IMG/VR virus record: IMGVR_UViG_3300031555_007106
DNA: 64,000 nt
From: a virus
Taxonomy: Duplodnaviria; Heunggongvirae; Uroviricota; Caudoviricetes
Reading direction: 5' to 3' (one strand)
Shown: positions 55,481-63,924 of the stretch, one piece after another
Layout: each line of letters starts with the position of its first letter
How positions within the stretch are numbered: position 1 is the first letter of the stretch
The notes under the pieces: model-generated
The model's input: only the letters and a program-made list of their open reading frames with translations
What the model was told of the DNA's origin: nothing
The model's database searches: none
Translations under genes and position numbers: made by a program

Positions 55481-55867
55481 TTATGTTGCAGTTGCAATAA
55501 TAGCTTTTAATGCATCCTTTGCTTCTTTACGAGTGAAAAACACCATCTTGCCAAAATCTTCAAATGTAACGATATGATTGTGAGATTCCTGAGCACTTTC
55601 ATCTTCCCAATGTATTACTACGTGTTTCCAACCATTACGCATATCCATACATCCTACATAGCCTTTAAATATCTTAAAAGTAGTAGAATCGGCTTTTCTG
55701 GCAATAAACCATACTTTATCCCCCATTTTACAGGGAGGAACGATTATGCCATTGTTTATGAGGTAATCGGCAAGAATTTCGCTTTCATGGCTCATAAAAA
55801 ATATTTCCCCATCTTCACCACAGCAACAATCATTAAGTATTTCAATTAATTTTTCGCGTTCTGTCAT
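55481..55867 (-). CDS. hypothetical protein (128 aa)
   Basis: ORF track. Confidence 0.55.
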   Translation of the reverse strand: MTEREKLIEILNDCCCGEDGEIFFMSHESEILADYLINNGIIVPPCKMGDKVWFIARKADSTTFKIFKGYVGCMDMRNGWKHVVIHWEDESAQESHNHIVTFEDFGKMVFFTRKEAKDALKAIIATAT

Positions 55868-55919
55868 TATAACCTTCCTTTTATATTGTCGTTTTCATTG
55901 AATTGCACAGTAGTCTGTA

Positions 55920-57020
55920 TTAAGACGTAAAAGATAAACAAGTTCCAACCTCTCGGAAATCGACCCCGTTTTCTAAGAAAAAACGAACTCTCTCTTTGAT
56001 TTTAGATATGTACGAGCCGTCAATTTCAATGGTTGTACATTTTCTGTTTTCGCACATAGCGGCAATCAATGAGGAACCTGAACCTGCGAATGGGTCAAGT
56101 ATCATATCCCCTTCCTTTGTTGAGTTGCGTATATACATACGAAGCAAATCAACAGGCTTTTCGGTCTCATGAATCTTATTTCCGATAATGTTATTGAACT
56201 CGTGAACAGTTTTACAACCCTTATCGGCAATTGATTTTGCCTTGCCTTTACGGCAGAAGAGCACATATTCGGCGTTCTTCATATACCAACGATTCGGAGT
56301 AGCGTTGTTTTTCTTCCACACAAGTAAATTGTGTATCTGAAACCCTGCTTTCTGCACTTCAGCCATTAATTCCTGAAGATTTAACAGGTTTATGAAAAAA
56401 TAGGCATGACATTCATTTTTAAGGACACGAAACAGTTCTCCCATATATTCGGAAAAACTGATATTATTGTGTTCAAATATCTTGCCGTTGTTTTTTGTCA
56501 GCATACCTGATGGGTCTCCTTCACCGCAAGCACCACCACTTATAGTGCGATATGGGACATCAGTAAGTATCATATCAAAGCTTTCTGTCTTCAAACGTTT
56601 CAGAATTTCTCTGGCGTCATCCTGTATAAGCATAGCAGAAAGGCTTTCATAATGATTTTCCATGTCTTCAAAAGATGAAAAATTATCCATTCTCTGATAC
56701 ACACCTGTTTTTACATCTTCTTTTGTTACATAATCTCTGTGTATGAAAGAAATTTCCTTGTTGCCATTATAGTAAGTAGCCACGTAATTTACAGACTTAT
56801 CTTCATCAGACAATTCAGTAACCTTTACCACTTCAACAACACTGTATACGCCTTTATCTATACGAGAAAAAGCCGCATTTTCTTCTGTGTTAATAAGATA
56901 GCGGTTAATATTACCACGAATAGAAGATTTCTTATACTCCGGCAATGAATCGTAAATTTCACTCAAACTCATAGTTTTATTAACCTGTAATAGGCTAATA
57001 ACCTTTTCCACAATCGTCAT
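55920..57020 (-). CDS. DNA methyltransferase, beta-class N6-adenine/N4-cytosine family (366 aa) with ~130-aa N-terminal extra domain; no adjacent nuclease (orphan)
   Basis: Motif IV-like ILTDVPY, then HETEKPVDLL, then motif I LDPFAGSGSS. The order IV->I is typical of beta-class amino-MTases. Confidence 0.85.
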   Translation of the reverse strand: MTIVEKVISLLQVNKTMSLSEIYDSLPEYKKSSIRGNINRYLINTEENAAFSRIDKGVYSVVEVVKVTELSDEDKSVNYVATYYNGNKEISFIHRDYVTKEDVKTGVYQRMDNFSSFEDMENHYESLSAMLIQDDAREILKRLKTESFDMILTDVPYRTISGGACGEGDPSGMLTKNNGKIFEHNNISFSEYMGELFRVLKNECHAYFFINLLNLQELMAEVQKAGFQIHNLLVWKKNNATPNRWYMKNAEYVLFCRKGKAKSIADKGCKTVHEFNNIIGNKIHETEKPVDLLRMYIRNSTKEGDMILDPFAGSGSSLIAAMCENRKCTTIEIDGSYISKIKERVRFFLENGVDFREVGTCLSFTS

Positions 57021-57036
57021 TTTACATCCTTTCTTC

Positions 57037-57522
57037 TTATTTTTCGTTTATTTTCGCTTTAATAAATCGACAAAAAGTCTCATTGTTGCTTTCGTTATAG
57101 AAAAAAGTAGGAGAAAGTCGGCCGAAAAACCATTCCTGTACCACCATTTTTATCGGTAATTTCAAGAATTCTTCATCAGGCAACTTCCAAAGCTGCTCGC
57201 AGCGAACGCACGAATCTGTCGTACCGTTGCCAAAACCAATATCCGTTTTAAATTGTTCTTCTACCTCTTTTAATGCATTTTCGAAAGCATTGAAAACGGT
57301 AAGTACTTCAGCGTTATTCTTGTATTGTTCATACAAGCCATTGAATTCGCCGTAAAGAAAACTTAATTCGGGATAACGCTTTTTAGCCTCAGGATTCCCA
57401 AAAGGGACAGTTTCTCCGTTGTACGTAAAAGTAATTTTCATATCCCGGAGAGCTTCGCCACTCATTTCTTTCATAGCGTTGTCAGCTAAATATTGCTCAT
57501 AAGGTTTCCAGTCTTTACTCAC
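57037..57522 (-). CDS. hypothetical protein (161 aa)
   Basis: ORF track. Confidence 0.6.
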   Translation of the reverse strand: MSKDWKPYEQYLADNAMKEMSGEALRDMKITFTYNGETVPFGNPEAKKRYPELSFLYGEFNGLYEQYKNNAEVLTVFNAFENALKEVEEQFKTDIGFGNGTTDSCVRCEQLWKLPDEEFLKLPIKMVVQEWFFGRLSPTFFYNESNNETFCRFIKAKINEK

Positions 57523-57533
57523 TATCTTACCTC

Positions 57534-57758
57534 CTATAACATTACAACTCTCGCTTTAGCTGTTCCAAGTTCCCAATATGCTACTATCTCAGCTACCACC
57601 TTTTCATGAAGCCAAGTATATAAACAATTAGGATACGCTCTTTTGATTGAATAGTCACCATCCTTATCTTCAACGACCAATTGGTTATATCCATCTCTTA
57701 AAGCTATTTTTACAGCATTTTTGATATAATCATTCAATTCCATCTTCTTCTCCTTCAT
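57534..57758 (-). CDS. hypothetical protein (74 aa)
   Basis: ORF track. Confidence 0.5.
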   Translation of the reverse strand: MKEKKMELNDYIKNAVKIALRDGYNQLVVEDKDGDYSIKRAYPNCLYTWLHEKVVAEIVAYWELGTAKARVVML

Positions 57759-57988
57759 GCCTCAAACAAATGAGCAATTGAATCATAACCGGGCTTGTTA
57801 CTACCGAAAGATTCGACGTGATAAAGAATAGTTGTTAAAAGACTTTCGTCATTATTAAGGTCAACAAGTTCTCTTTCTTCGTAGTCAGGCTGAAAATTTT
57901 GTTCTCTTGCGATTTCCTCGTAGATATCAAGCAGAATTTTCTGCTCAGCATAAGATACCTCAACGTATTTGCCATAATACTCGTTCAT
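57755..57988 (-). CDS. hypothetical protein (77 aa); first gene after cassette 10
   Basis: ORF track. Confidence 0.5.
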   Translation of the reverse strand: MNEYYGKYVEVSYAEQKILLDIYEEIAREQNFQPDYEERELVDLNNDESLLTTILYHVESFGSNKPGYDSIAHLFEA

Positions 57989-58125
57989 AGTTTATTTTCC
58001 TTTCATAATAAAATAATAGCAATTCTTAAAACTCCTATCGTCAATAAAATATTGCTATTAATAGTATGATAAAGTTTGCATAAAACAAAAAAGCCCGCCG
58101 AAGCGAGCTTTTTCTATTATTGCTA
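57989..58125 (-). repeat. terminator-promoter-RBS cassette copy 10 (near-identical to copy 9)
   Basis: aataaaataatagcaattcttaaaactcctatcgtcaataaaatattgctattaatagtatgataaagtttgcataaaacaaaaaagcccgccgaagcgagc... Confidence 0.85.
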
Positions 58126-58485
58126 TTATTTTTGTGTTTTACACACAGTTTTTGCTATTTTGTAGCCGTAGTTTTGAGTTAAAGTGCATCCAGCCTTGCT
58201 AATTAGCCTTTTGATACGGTTAATAAGCAAGAACTTAAACTTTATCTTCTCTTGAAACATCAGTATAAAACAAACATCAATAGTTCCGTTTGTATGAACG
58301 ATAAACCTTGCATCATCTACTGCATTGTGTTCGAAGTTAGATACTATCCAACCAGCAATATCTGAACAGGTTTTATTGATAAGTTTTTCATCTTTGGCTA
58401 ATAAGCAGGTTGTTAAGACATCTTCTTCAGCCGTTTTTCTTAAATTAAGAACAATTTCTGTTTTTATCTTGCTGTTCGTACACAT
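58126..58485 (-). CDS. hypothetical protein (~119 aa; start uncertain)
   Basis: ORF 58126..58572 overlaps upstream gene. Start at MCTNSKIKTEIV (AAGGAAG upstream) preferred. Stop inside cassette-10 TAATAG. Confidence 0.45.
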   Translation of the reverse strand: MCTNSKIKTEIVLNLRKTAEEDVLTTCLLAKDEKLINKTCSDIAGWIVSNFEHNAVDDARFIVHTNGTIDVCFILMFQEKIKFKFLLINRIKRLISKAGCTLTQNYGYKIAKTVCKTQK

Positions 58486-58516
58486 CACTTCCTTGCTCGT
58501 TAAATGAGTTTTGTTT

Positions 58517-59239
58517 TTAAAATTTATCTCTGACATTTTCTTGGAAGAACTTTTCGACCACTTTTCTGTCATTTACATCAAGCTTTTCTTTATTAAATTT
58601 TTCTTCTGCCTTGAGTAAAAAAGCGCAAAGAGCTTCAGAAGTAACCCTACAAAGTTTTGGATTCTTTTCTTTCTGTGTATTCCAGAGTTCAGTGAACTGA
58701 CAAAACAGCGATGTCTGGTCGCCCTCTTCTTTTGCTTTCACCTCTTCATCCAGAAGAGTATAAAAACGCGTTTCAAACTGGTCAAAGTTGTTCAAGAAGA
58801 ACTGTAAAGCATCAATCCATTCACCTTTGTCAAGTTTGCAGTCAGCGGTTTCATAAACTATAAGATTCGCATATTTATCACAGCTACCTACAACCGCCTC
58901 AAGTGCGATTAAAGTAATGTTTCTATATTTATCAAAATTGCGTCGTACCTCTTCCTGTGTTGCGCCGTACAACTTACATACTTCTTCGGGGGCACTATAC
59001 AAATTTAAACTGTAGAACTTAATGTAATCGCCATCTTTAACTTTGAACATTTTATCGAAATTCTTAAATCCAGCCTTATATCCTGCAATATAAGTCTTAA
59101 TCAGTTTGGAAATGCGTGGCTGCAACTCTTTAAGCTTGCTCACAGCATTTGTAACAAGCTGTGCGTTTAATTCTTTTTTTAACTGTTCATTTTCTTCATT
59201 TTTAGCAGCAATCGCATTTAATCTTTCAATTCTATCCAT
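58517..59239 (-). CDS. hypothetical protein (240 aa)
   Basis: ORF track. Confidence 0.65.
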   Translation of the reverse strand: MDRIERLNAIAAKNEENEQLKKELNAQLVTNAVSKLKELQPRISKLIKTYIAGYKAGFKNFDKMFKVKDGDYIKFYSLNLYSAPEEVCKLYGATQEEVRRNFDKYRNITLIALEAVVGSCDKYANLIVYETADCKLDKGEWIDALQFFLNNFDQFETRFYTLLDEEVKAKEEGDQTSLFCQFTELWNTQKEKNPKLCRVTSEALCAFLLKAEEKFNKEKLDVNDRKVVEKFFQENVRDKF

Positions 59240-59264
59240 ATTTCTTACCCTTTCTATGATATTT

Positions 59265-59618
59265 TTAATTTCTTTCGAGCATGATTACAAGACCATCTTC
59301 ATATGTAATTTTAAATCCGAAAGTTTTTTTGACCCAGTCTGCAAAACCATCTTCATATATAGTCTTTTGTGGACCGGGCTTTATTGCTCCTAAGAACTCA
59401 ATAAAACACCCTTGTACTCCAAGAACTGACTCAGCTATAACTACCGGTTTCATTCCGCCTAACGCAGAAGGCACAACCCAAAATCTACAACGAGATATCT
59501 TAGGACTACCGCTTTTTACACGCTCTACGACAATAGCAGCTTTTCCGCTTATTCCACCTCGTAAAATAGAGTAGAAATTCCGCGCATTCTGCTGACGTTC
59601 TTTAAACGTTGTTCTCAT
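59265..59618 (-). CDS. hypothetical protein (117 aa); Gly/Pro-richer, locally higher GC than neighbours
   Basis: ORF track. Composition differs from the acidic ORFans around it. Confidence 0.55.
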   Translation of the reverse strand: MRTTFKERQQNARNFYSILRGGISGKAAIVVERVKSGSPKISRCRFWVVPSALGGMKPVVIAESVLGVQGCFIEFLGAIKPGPQKTIYEDGFADWVKKTFGFKITYEDGLVIMLERN

Positions 59619-59644
59619 ATTTTTTTCCTTTTCAAATTCCGATT

Positions 59645-59896
59645 TTATTCTCTTAAAATTAAACCATCTTGAAACGCATCATAATACATTGTTTCTACTT
59701 TATATCCGCGGTCATAAAATGGTTCGTCAAATCTAATTTCATAGGTTGTATATAATCCACAGTGATTAGTTTCATCAATTACAGTTGCGTTTCTATTGGC
59801 ATAAACGCTATTTGCATAATCAGAAAAATATTTAGCAGGCTGAGTTCTTACCTTATCTCCAACCTCAAAAAAAATTTCATTTCCACTTTTAAACAT
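59645..59896 (-). CDS. hypothetical protein (83 aa)
   Basis: ORF track. Confidence 0.5.
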   Translation of the reverse strand: MFKSGNEIFFEVGDKVRTQPAKYFSDYANSVYANRNATVIDETNHCGLYTTYEIRFDEPFYDRGYKVETMYYDAFQDGLILRE

Positions 59897-59987
59897 AATA
59901 ATTTCTCCTCATTAAATCCTGATTTCATTATGAAGTCCATCTTGCTTAATCATCTAAATCACTTGATATTTTATTATCGTTACCATT

Positions 59988-60290
59988 TCAATTTGATTTG
60001 TATTCATCGTTAAAACAGAATACTAACTTTGAAGGACAGGAACCATCTGATTTCCAAAAATATCCATATTCGAATACGTCATTATATTTATTCACTATTC
60101 TCTTAATGAATTTTTCGAAAACATTTTTGTTGCTTTTCCACTGTATTACAACTTCATCTGCCCAAATTGTAATGGGATGAACAACAGTAGAAGAACCACT
60201 CAACCATTCATGTTCATAAAGGTATTTTTTTACTAACTTTTCATTTTGAAATTCAGCAACAACTTGCTTTATTCTGTCTAGCTTATCCAT
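59988..60290 (-). CDS. hypothetical protein (100 aa)
   Basis: ORF track. Confidence 0.55.
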   Translation of the reverse strand: MDKLDRIKQVVAEFQNEKLVKKYLYEHEWLSGSSTVVHPITIWADEVVIQWKSNKNVFEKFIKRIVNKYNDVFEYGYFWKSDGSCPSKLVFCFNDEYKSN

Positions 60291-60311
60291 TTTATATCCT
60301 TTCTTTTTCTT

Positions 60312-60698
60312 TTAATGCATCATTGGAATATACAATCTTGAAGGGTTTTCTTCAATTTCATCTTTTGCATAATATTCTTCGATTTCCGTTTCCTCAAGTA
60401 GATTAATACTCTGAATAAAATCTTCTGCGGTGCCGAATACATCGATAAGTTCTCCACCATATTCTCCAAAAGGGTCGAATTGGTATTGAATTTTTCCATC
60501 ATCATGCAAAAAGATATAAATATAACCCCAGTTTATTCTTATCCAATTGGCGTCTGTTCCGCCAATCAAAGGACTTTCGATTTCCGCGAATTGTGTTGCA
60601 TATTCTTGAACTTCCTTTGATTTTCCGTTTAAAACGATATCCATTGCAATAGCATTGCAATATTTAAATTCGTTGATAACCTTTTCCTTTAATGTCAT
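60312..60698 (-). CDS. hypothetical protein (128 aa)
   Basis: ORF track. Confidence 0.55.
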   Translation of the reverse strand: MTLKEKVINEFKYCNAIAMDIVLNGKSKEVQEYATQFAEIESPLIGGTDANWIRINWGYIYIFLHDDGKIQYQFDPFGEYGGELIDVFGTAEDFIQSINLLEETEIEEYYAKDEIEENPSRLYIPMMH

Positions 60699-60754
60699 AC
60701 TTACCTCCTGTTTAAATCAATCCAAAGATTAATTTTTACCTTTTTATTCGGACT

Positions 60755-60916
60755 TCATATTCTTCTTATCGCGTGCAATGCCATATTACAGTAATTTTCA
60801 TCACCTTCTATGACAATATTTCTGTTTTCCATATCGTCAGGATACCATTCGATTCCTTCTTTGTCGAGTATTGCAATTTCTTCGTCTGTTACATTTTCGA
60901 TAACACGTTCTAACAT
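60755..60916 (-). CDS. hypothetical small protein (53 aa: MLERVIENVTDEEIAILDKEGIEWYPDDMENRNIVIEGDENYCNMALHAIRRI)
   Basis: Hand-found. GGAG 9 nt upstream. Below ORF cutoff. Confidence 0.3.
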   Translation of the reverse strand: MLERVIENVTDEEIAILDKEGIEWYPDDMENRNIVIEGDENYCNMALHAIRRI

Positions 60917-60954
60917 AACAATTTTCTCCTATTTAATCATGGTTTTGTTTACTT

Positions 60955-61110
60955 TTATTTACTCGCTGTCATGGATAATCTATAAGCACCGCCTTCATAG
61001 CTGATTGCGATATCTTTTATATTTCTCCATGTTTTCCCGATTTCTTTTATCTTCCAATCAATTTCTTCAAAAGACATTAATGGATAATACGTTAACGCCT
61101 GTTCTCTCAT
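60955..61110 (-). CDS. hypothetical small protein (51 aa: MREQALTYYPLMSFEEIDWKIKEIGKTWRNIKDIAISYEGGAYRLSMTASK)
   Basis: Hand-found. GGAGG 9 nt upstream. Directly downstream of the MTase gene. Confidence 0.3.
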   Translation of the reverse strand: MREQALTYYPLMSFEEIDWKIKEIGKTWRNIKDIAISYEGGAYRLSMTASK

Positions 61111-61149
61111 ACAAATACTCCTCCATAAATTTTCGATTATAAATTCATA

Positions 61150-62820
61150 TCATTTTAACATTAATATTTCGGAACCACCCTGAGCTATTCTTGTAGCTAT
61201 AGGATTCGCAAGTTCGTTTTCATACGCCTTTTCACCCTGAAAACTATCAACAACAGATTTTTCTTCGTTGTCCATTTCGTTGTAGTGTTTCTTGCCGTAA
61301 GAACGAGGAAGCCAACCCTTTTTCATTGAACCGTAGATATTTAAAGCATTTAAAGCCTCTTCGCAGGTAAACTTGATATGAACTGTTCCCTTTTTATAGA
61401 GAGTAATGTCAAAATATCGAAGTTCAATGTTTTTAGTACGTCCACAAAGAGATGCCGCGTCAAGCTGCTTATTCATATCAAGATAATCCTTTCCGGGAAT
61501 ACAAAAATAAGCACAGGCTTTTTCGATATCAACAAGTAAATTGTATACTTCGTAAGTGGAAAAGGCCTCGCGACACCAATTGTCTTTGAATACATTGCCA
61601 TATGTAGGAAGGATAACCTTATTGTTAATCTTATGCGCTATATTAGTTCTCCATCCATTGTAATAATGAATATTCTTTTCGCATTCAGGGAACCAAGAGT
61701 GCTGTTCAGTCATCTTATCGAAAGCTGCTATAATTGAATCTTCAACACCCTTTTCGAGCATAGCCATCATCTGACACTTAATCTCATTGATATTATGCTC
61801 GTTATAGTCGTATTCACTAAGCATACTAATCTGTGAATAGAAATCATCAATCATTTTAGCAGTAAAACGACTGGTAAGCTCTTTGTTCTTAAAGAAACGC
61901 CTCCAGTATTTACTTCTAAGCATACGAATATACTCATTTATCATTGCTTTACACGAGGTTTTATTACTCTTAACTTCCATATCTCCTATTTTTAGAGAAA
62001 TTAAAGGAGCAAGAGCACTTTCTCGTTCCCAGCTTTGCATTGTATCTTCCACGAAATCTGTAGGCAAATGCTTTGCAATTCTGAAATATTCGGCAATAAA
62101 AGCTTTTCCGGCTTCAAGCTCCACCTGATACGACACAATATCAGCACGCAGTTCTCCGCTACCCAATATTAGTTCATACTTTTCGGTATCTGCTTTTATA
62201 TCTTCGATAACAGTTTTTTTCATATTTTCATAGAAAAAACTTGCTTTCTCCTTTTCAGGAATAGTTAACGTGATAAGAGCGACTTCAACATCAGTTGTAC
62301 GTTCCGCATCTGCAAACGCTCCTGTTATATACTCGACTTCAGCTTCACGTTTAAGAATTTCAACAAGTTCTTTCCTTTTGTTATCATACGGATTTTTAAT
62401 AGTTTCTGCATTGAGCAAGCATACTATTGTACCGCCATCTTTCATCATATTGATTGCTTTAAGTAAATGTTGAGCTCCTTCGGAAAAAGGAGGATTCATA
62501 AGAATGTGTGTATAGACCTTCCCCGTATTGAATTTAAGAAAATCGTCATACACAACATTAACCTTAGGATTATTACCATACTTTCCTTTAAGCTCATTCC
62601 TTAAATTATGGTCGATTTCAATACAATCGATTTTACAGTAATAACCACTTTTCTTCTTATCAAAATAACTGATAAGGGAATCTGTGATGTTACCACGACC
62701 AGTAGAAGGTTCAAGGATGTAACAATCTTTTAAGTTATCCTGAGAACCAAAAGCCTTTTCTATCATCTTCTCGACCAATTCATCCGGTGTAGGATAAAAT
62801 TCTTTCGGAATTCCTGTCAT
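61150..62820 (-). CDS. N6-adenine DNA methyltransferase, gamma-class (556 aa; FYPTP...ILEPSTGRGN...NPPF) with ~350-aa C-terminal region (possible target-recognition domain); no nuclease partner seen
   Basis: Motif X-like EFYPTPDELVEKM, motif I YILEPSTGRGNI, motif IV ILMNPPFSEG in X->I->IV order. Confidence 0.85.
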   Translation of the reverse strand: MTGIPKEFYPTPDELVEKMIEKAFGSQDNLKDCYILEPSTGRGNITDSLISYFDKKKSGYYCKIDCIEIDHNLRNELKGKYGNNPKVNVVYDDFLKFNTGKVYTHILMNPPFSEGAQHLLKAINMMKDGGTIVCLLNAETIKNPYDNKRKELVEILKREAEVEYITGAFADAERTTDVEVALITLTIPEKEKASFFYENMKKTVIEDIKADTEKYELILGSGELRADIVSYQVELEAGKAFIAEYFRIAKHLPTDFVEDTMQSWERESALAPLISLKIGDMEVKSNKTSCKAMINEYIRMLRSKYWRRFFKNKELTSRFTAKMIDDFYSQISMLSEYDYNEHNINEIKCQMMAMLEKGVEDSIIAAFDKMTEQHSWFPECEKNIHYYNGWRTNIAHKINNKVILPTYGNVFKDNWCREAFSTYEVYNLLVDIEKACAYFCIPGKDYLDMNKQLDAASLCGRTKNIELRYFDITLYKKGTVHIKFTCEEALNALNIYGSMKKGWLPRSYGKKHYNEMDNEEKSVVDSFQGEKAYENELANPIATRIAQGGSEILMLK

Positions 62821-62845
62821 AATTTATTTTCCTTTCCTTTTTTTC

Positions 62846-63892
62846 TTACGCTATGTATTTGTTCTGTGCTATGAGTTTTGAAACTCGCTCAGCAACTTCA
62901 TTCCATTTCATCGTAACTTCTGCATCGGGATTTGAGAGGTCGCCTTTTTGGAGTGTTAAACCTTCTGAATTGTACATAGTGTTATATCCACTACAACCGC
63001 TACCACCGATACCATATTCGTTTTTAAGAAAATCAGCCTTTTCTTTTGCTGTATGCGATTCTTTAAAGAATTTTGCAATTCTACTCTTGCCACCTACAAT
63101 GTTACTGCCCGAAGCTACAAGCTTATCCTTTTCATCTTCGGTTATAAAGTATCTATGCTTAACCGAAAAGGACGGTTCAGCAGTAAACTTCACTCGGTCA
63201 AGCTGTCTATCTTCGAGTTTTTCAAGAATTTCGGGGAGGTTGTGAAAATGAAAACGGAGAACCTCACGGTCAGCTTCATACTGTTTCATAAGGTTTTTCA
63301 TTCCATCAATCATTTCCTGCACAGACTTTTCGCACTGTAATGTTTCGGCAATTTTATCTGTACTTTCACTAAAACCTCCGACAAAAAAGAAATCAGGGAT
63401 AAAATACTCTGTTCTCACATCCTGATGAAGATACCACAATTTATCTGCGAGCTGTTTACATTCGTAATTCTCTGCGGTTTTTAGGATATCTTGTGTGACA
63501 AATCTGCCTTCATTTAAAAGCTCTCTGATACGATTGGAAACCTGCTCCCAAGTCATAGATGCACTTGCATCGTGATTGAAAGCTGTTTGTCCCATACCAA
63601 GAGTGATACCATCTTTGTCGTACCAAACTGAAAAACTCGTTTTTCCTGAACAGCTGGGACTTTCATATAGAAAGCCCCTACCGTCCACACCAAATTCCTT
63701 GCGGAGGAACTCAGTGTTACTTTTCATACTCTTATTTTTCTCAAACTGAGCAACAATACGTTCCAAACTGTGTGGTTCGTTACTACCTGCACGAAGCATA
63801 TAGTCAATCATATCCTGTGCAAAAGCATTTGAAGATGAATAGTCGATATCGAAATCATCAAACGATAATTGCACAAATCCATCCATTTTCAT
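62846..63892 (-). CDS. hypothetical protein (~349 aa) with internal duplication of a ~70-aa module
   Basis: ORF 62846..63901. EFLRKEFGVDGRGFLYESPSCSGKTSFSVWYDKDGITLGMGQ...MTWEQVSNRIRELL vs DFLKNEYGIGGSGCSGYNTMYNSEGLTLQKGD...MKWNEVAERVSKLI. Start choice among three clustered ATGs uncertain. Confidence 0.6.
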   Translation of the reverse strand: MKMDGFVQLSFDDFDIDYSSSNAFAQDMIDYMLRAGSNEPHSLERIVAQFEKNKSMKSNTEFLRKEFGVDGRGFLYESPSCSGKTSFSVWYDKDGITLGMGQTAFNHDASASMTWEQVSNRIRELLNEGRFVTQDILKTAENYECKQLADKLWYLHQDVRTEYFIPDFFFVGGFSESTDKIAETLQCEKSVQEMIDGMKNLMKQYEADREVLRFHFHNLPEILEKLEDRQLDRVKFTAEPSFSVKHRYFITEDEKDKLVASGSNIVGGKSRIAKFFKESHTAKEKADFLKNEYGIGGSGCSGYNTMYNSEGLTLQKGDLSNPDAEVTMKWNEVAERVSKLIAQNKYIA

Positions 63893-63924
63893 GTTATGCA
63901 TCTCCTTTTAACTTTCCTTTCTTT

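Noticed and set aside
11205-58125. CATACTATA as a sporulation sigma-E/sigma-K-type -10 (CATA---TA)
   Set aside because: The motif resembles mother-cell sigma -10 elements, but no consistent AC / ATA -35 element is found at 14-17 bp in the copies. This is left as an open possibility inside the motif finding rather than asserted.
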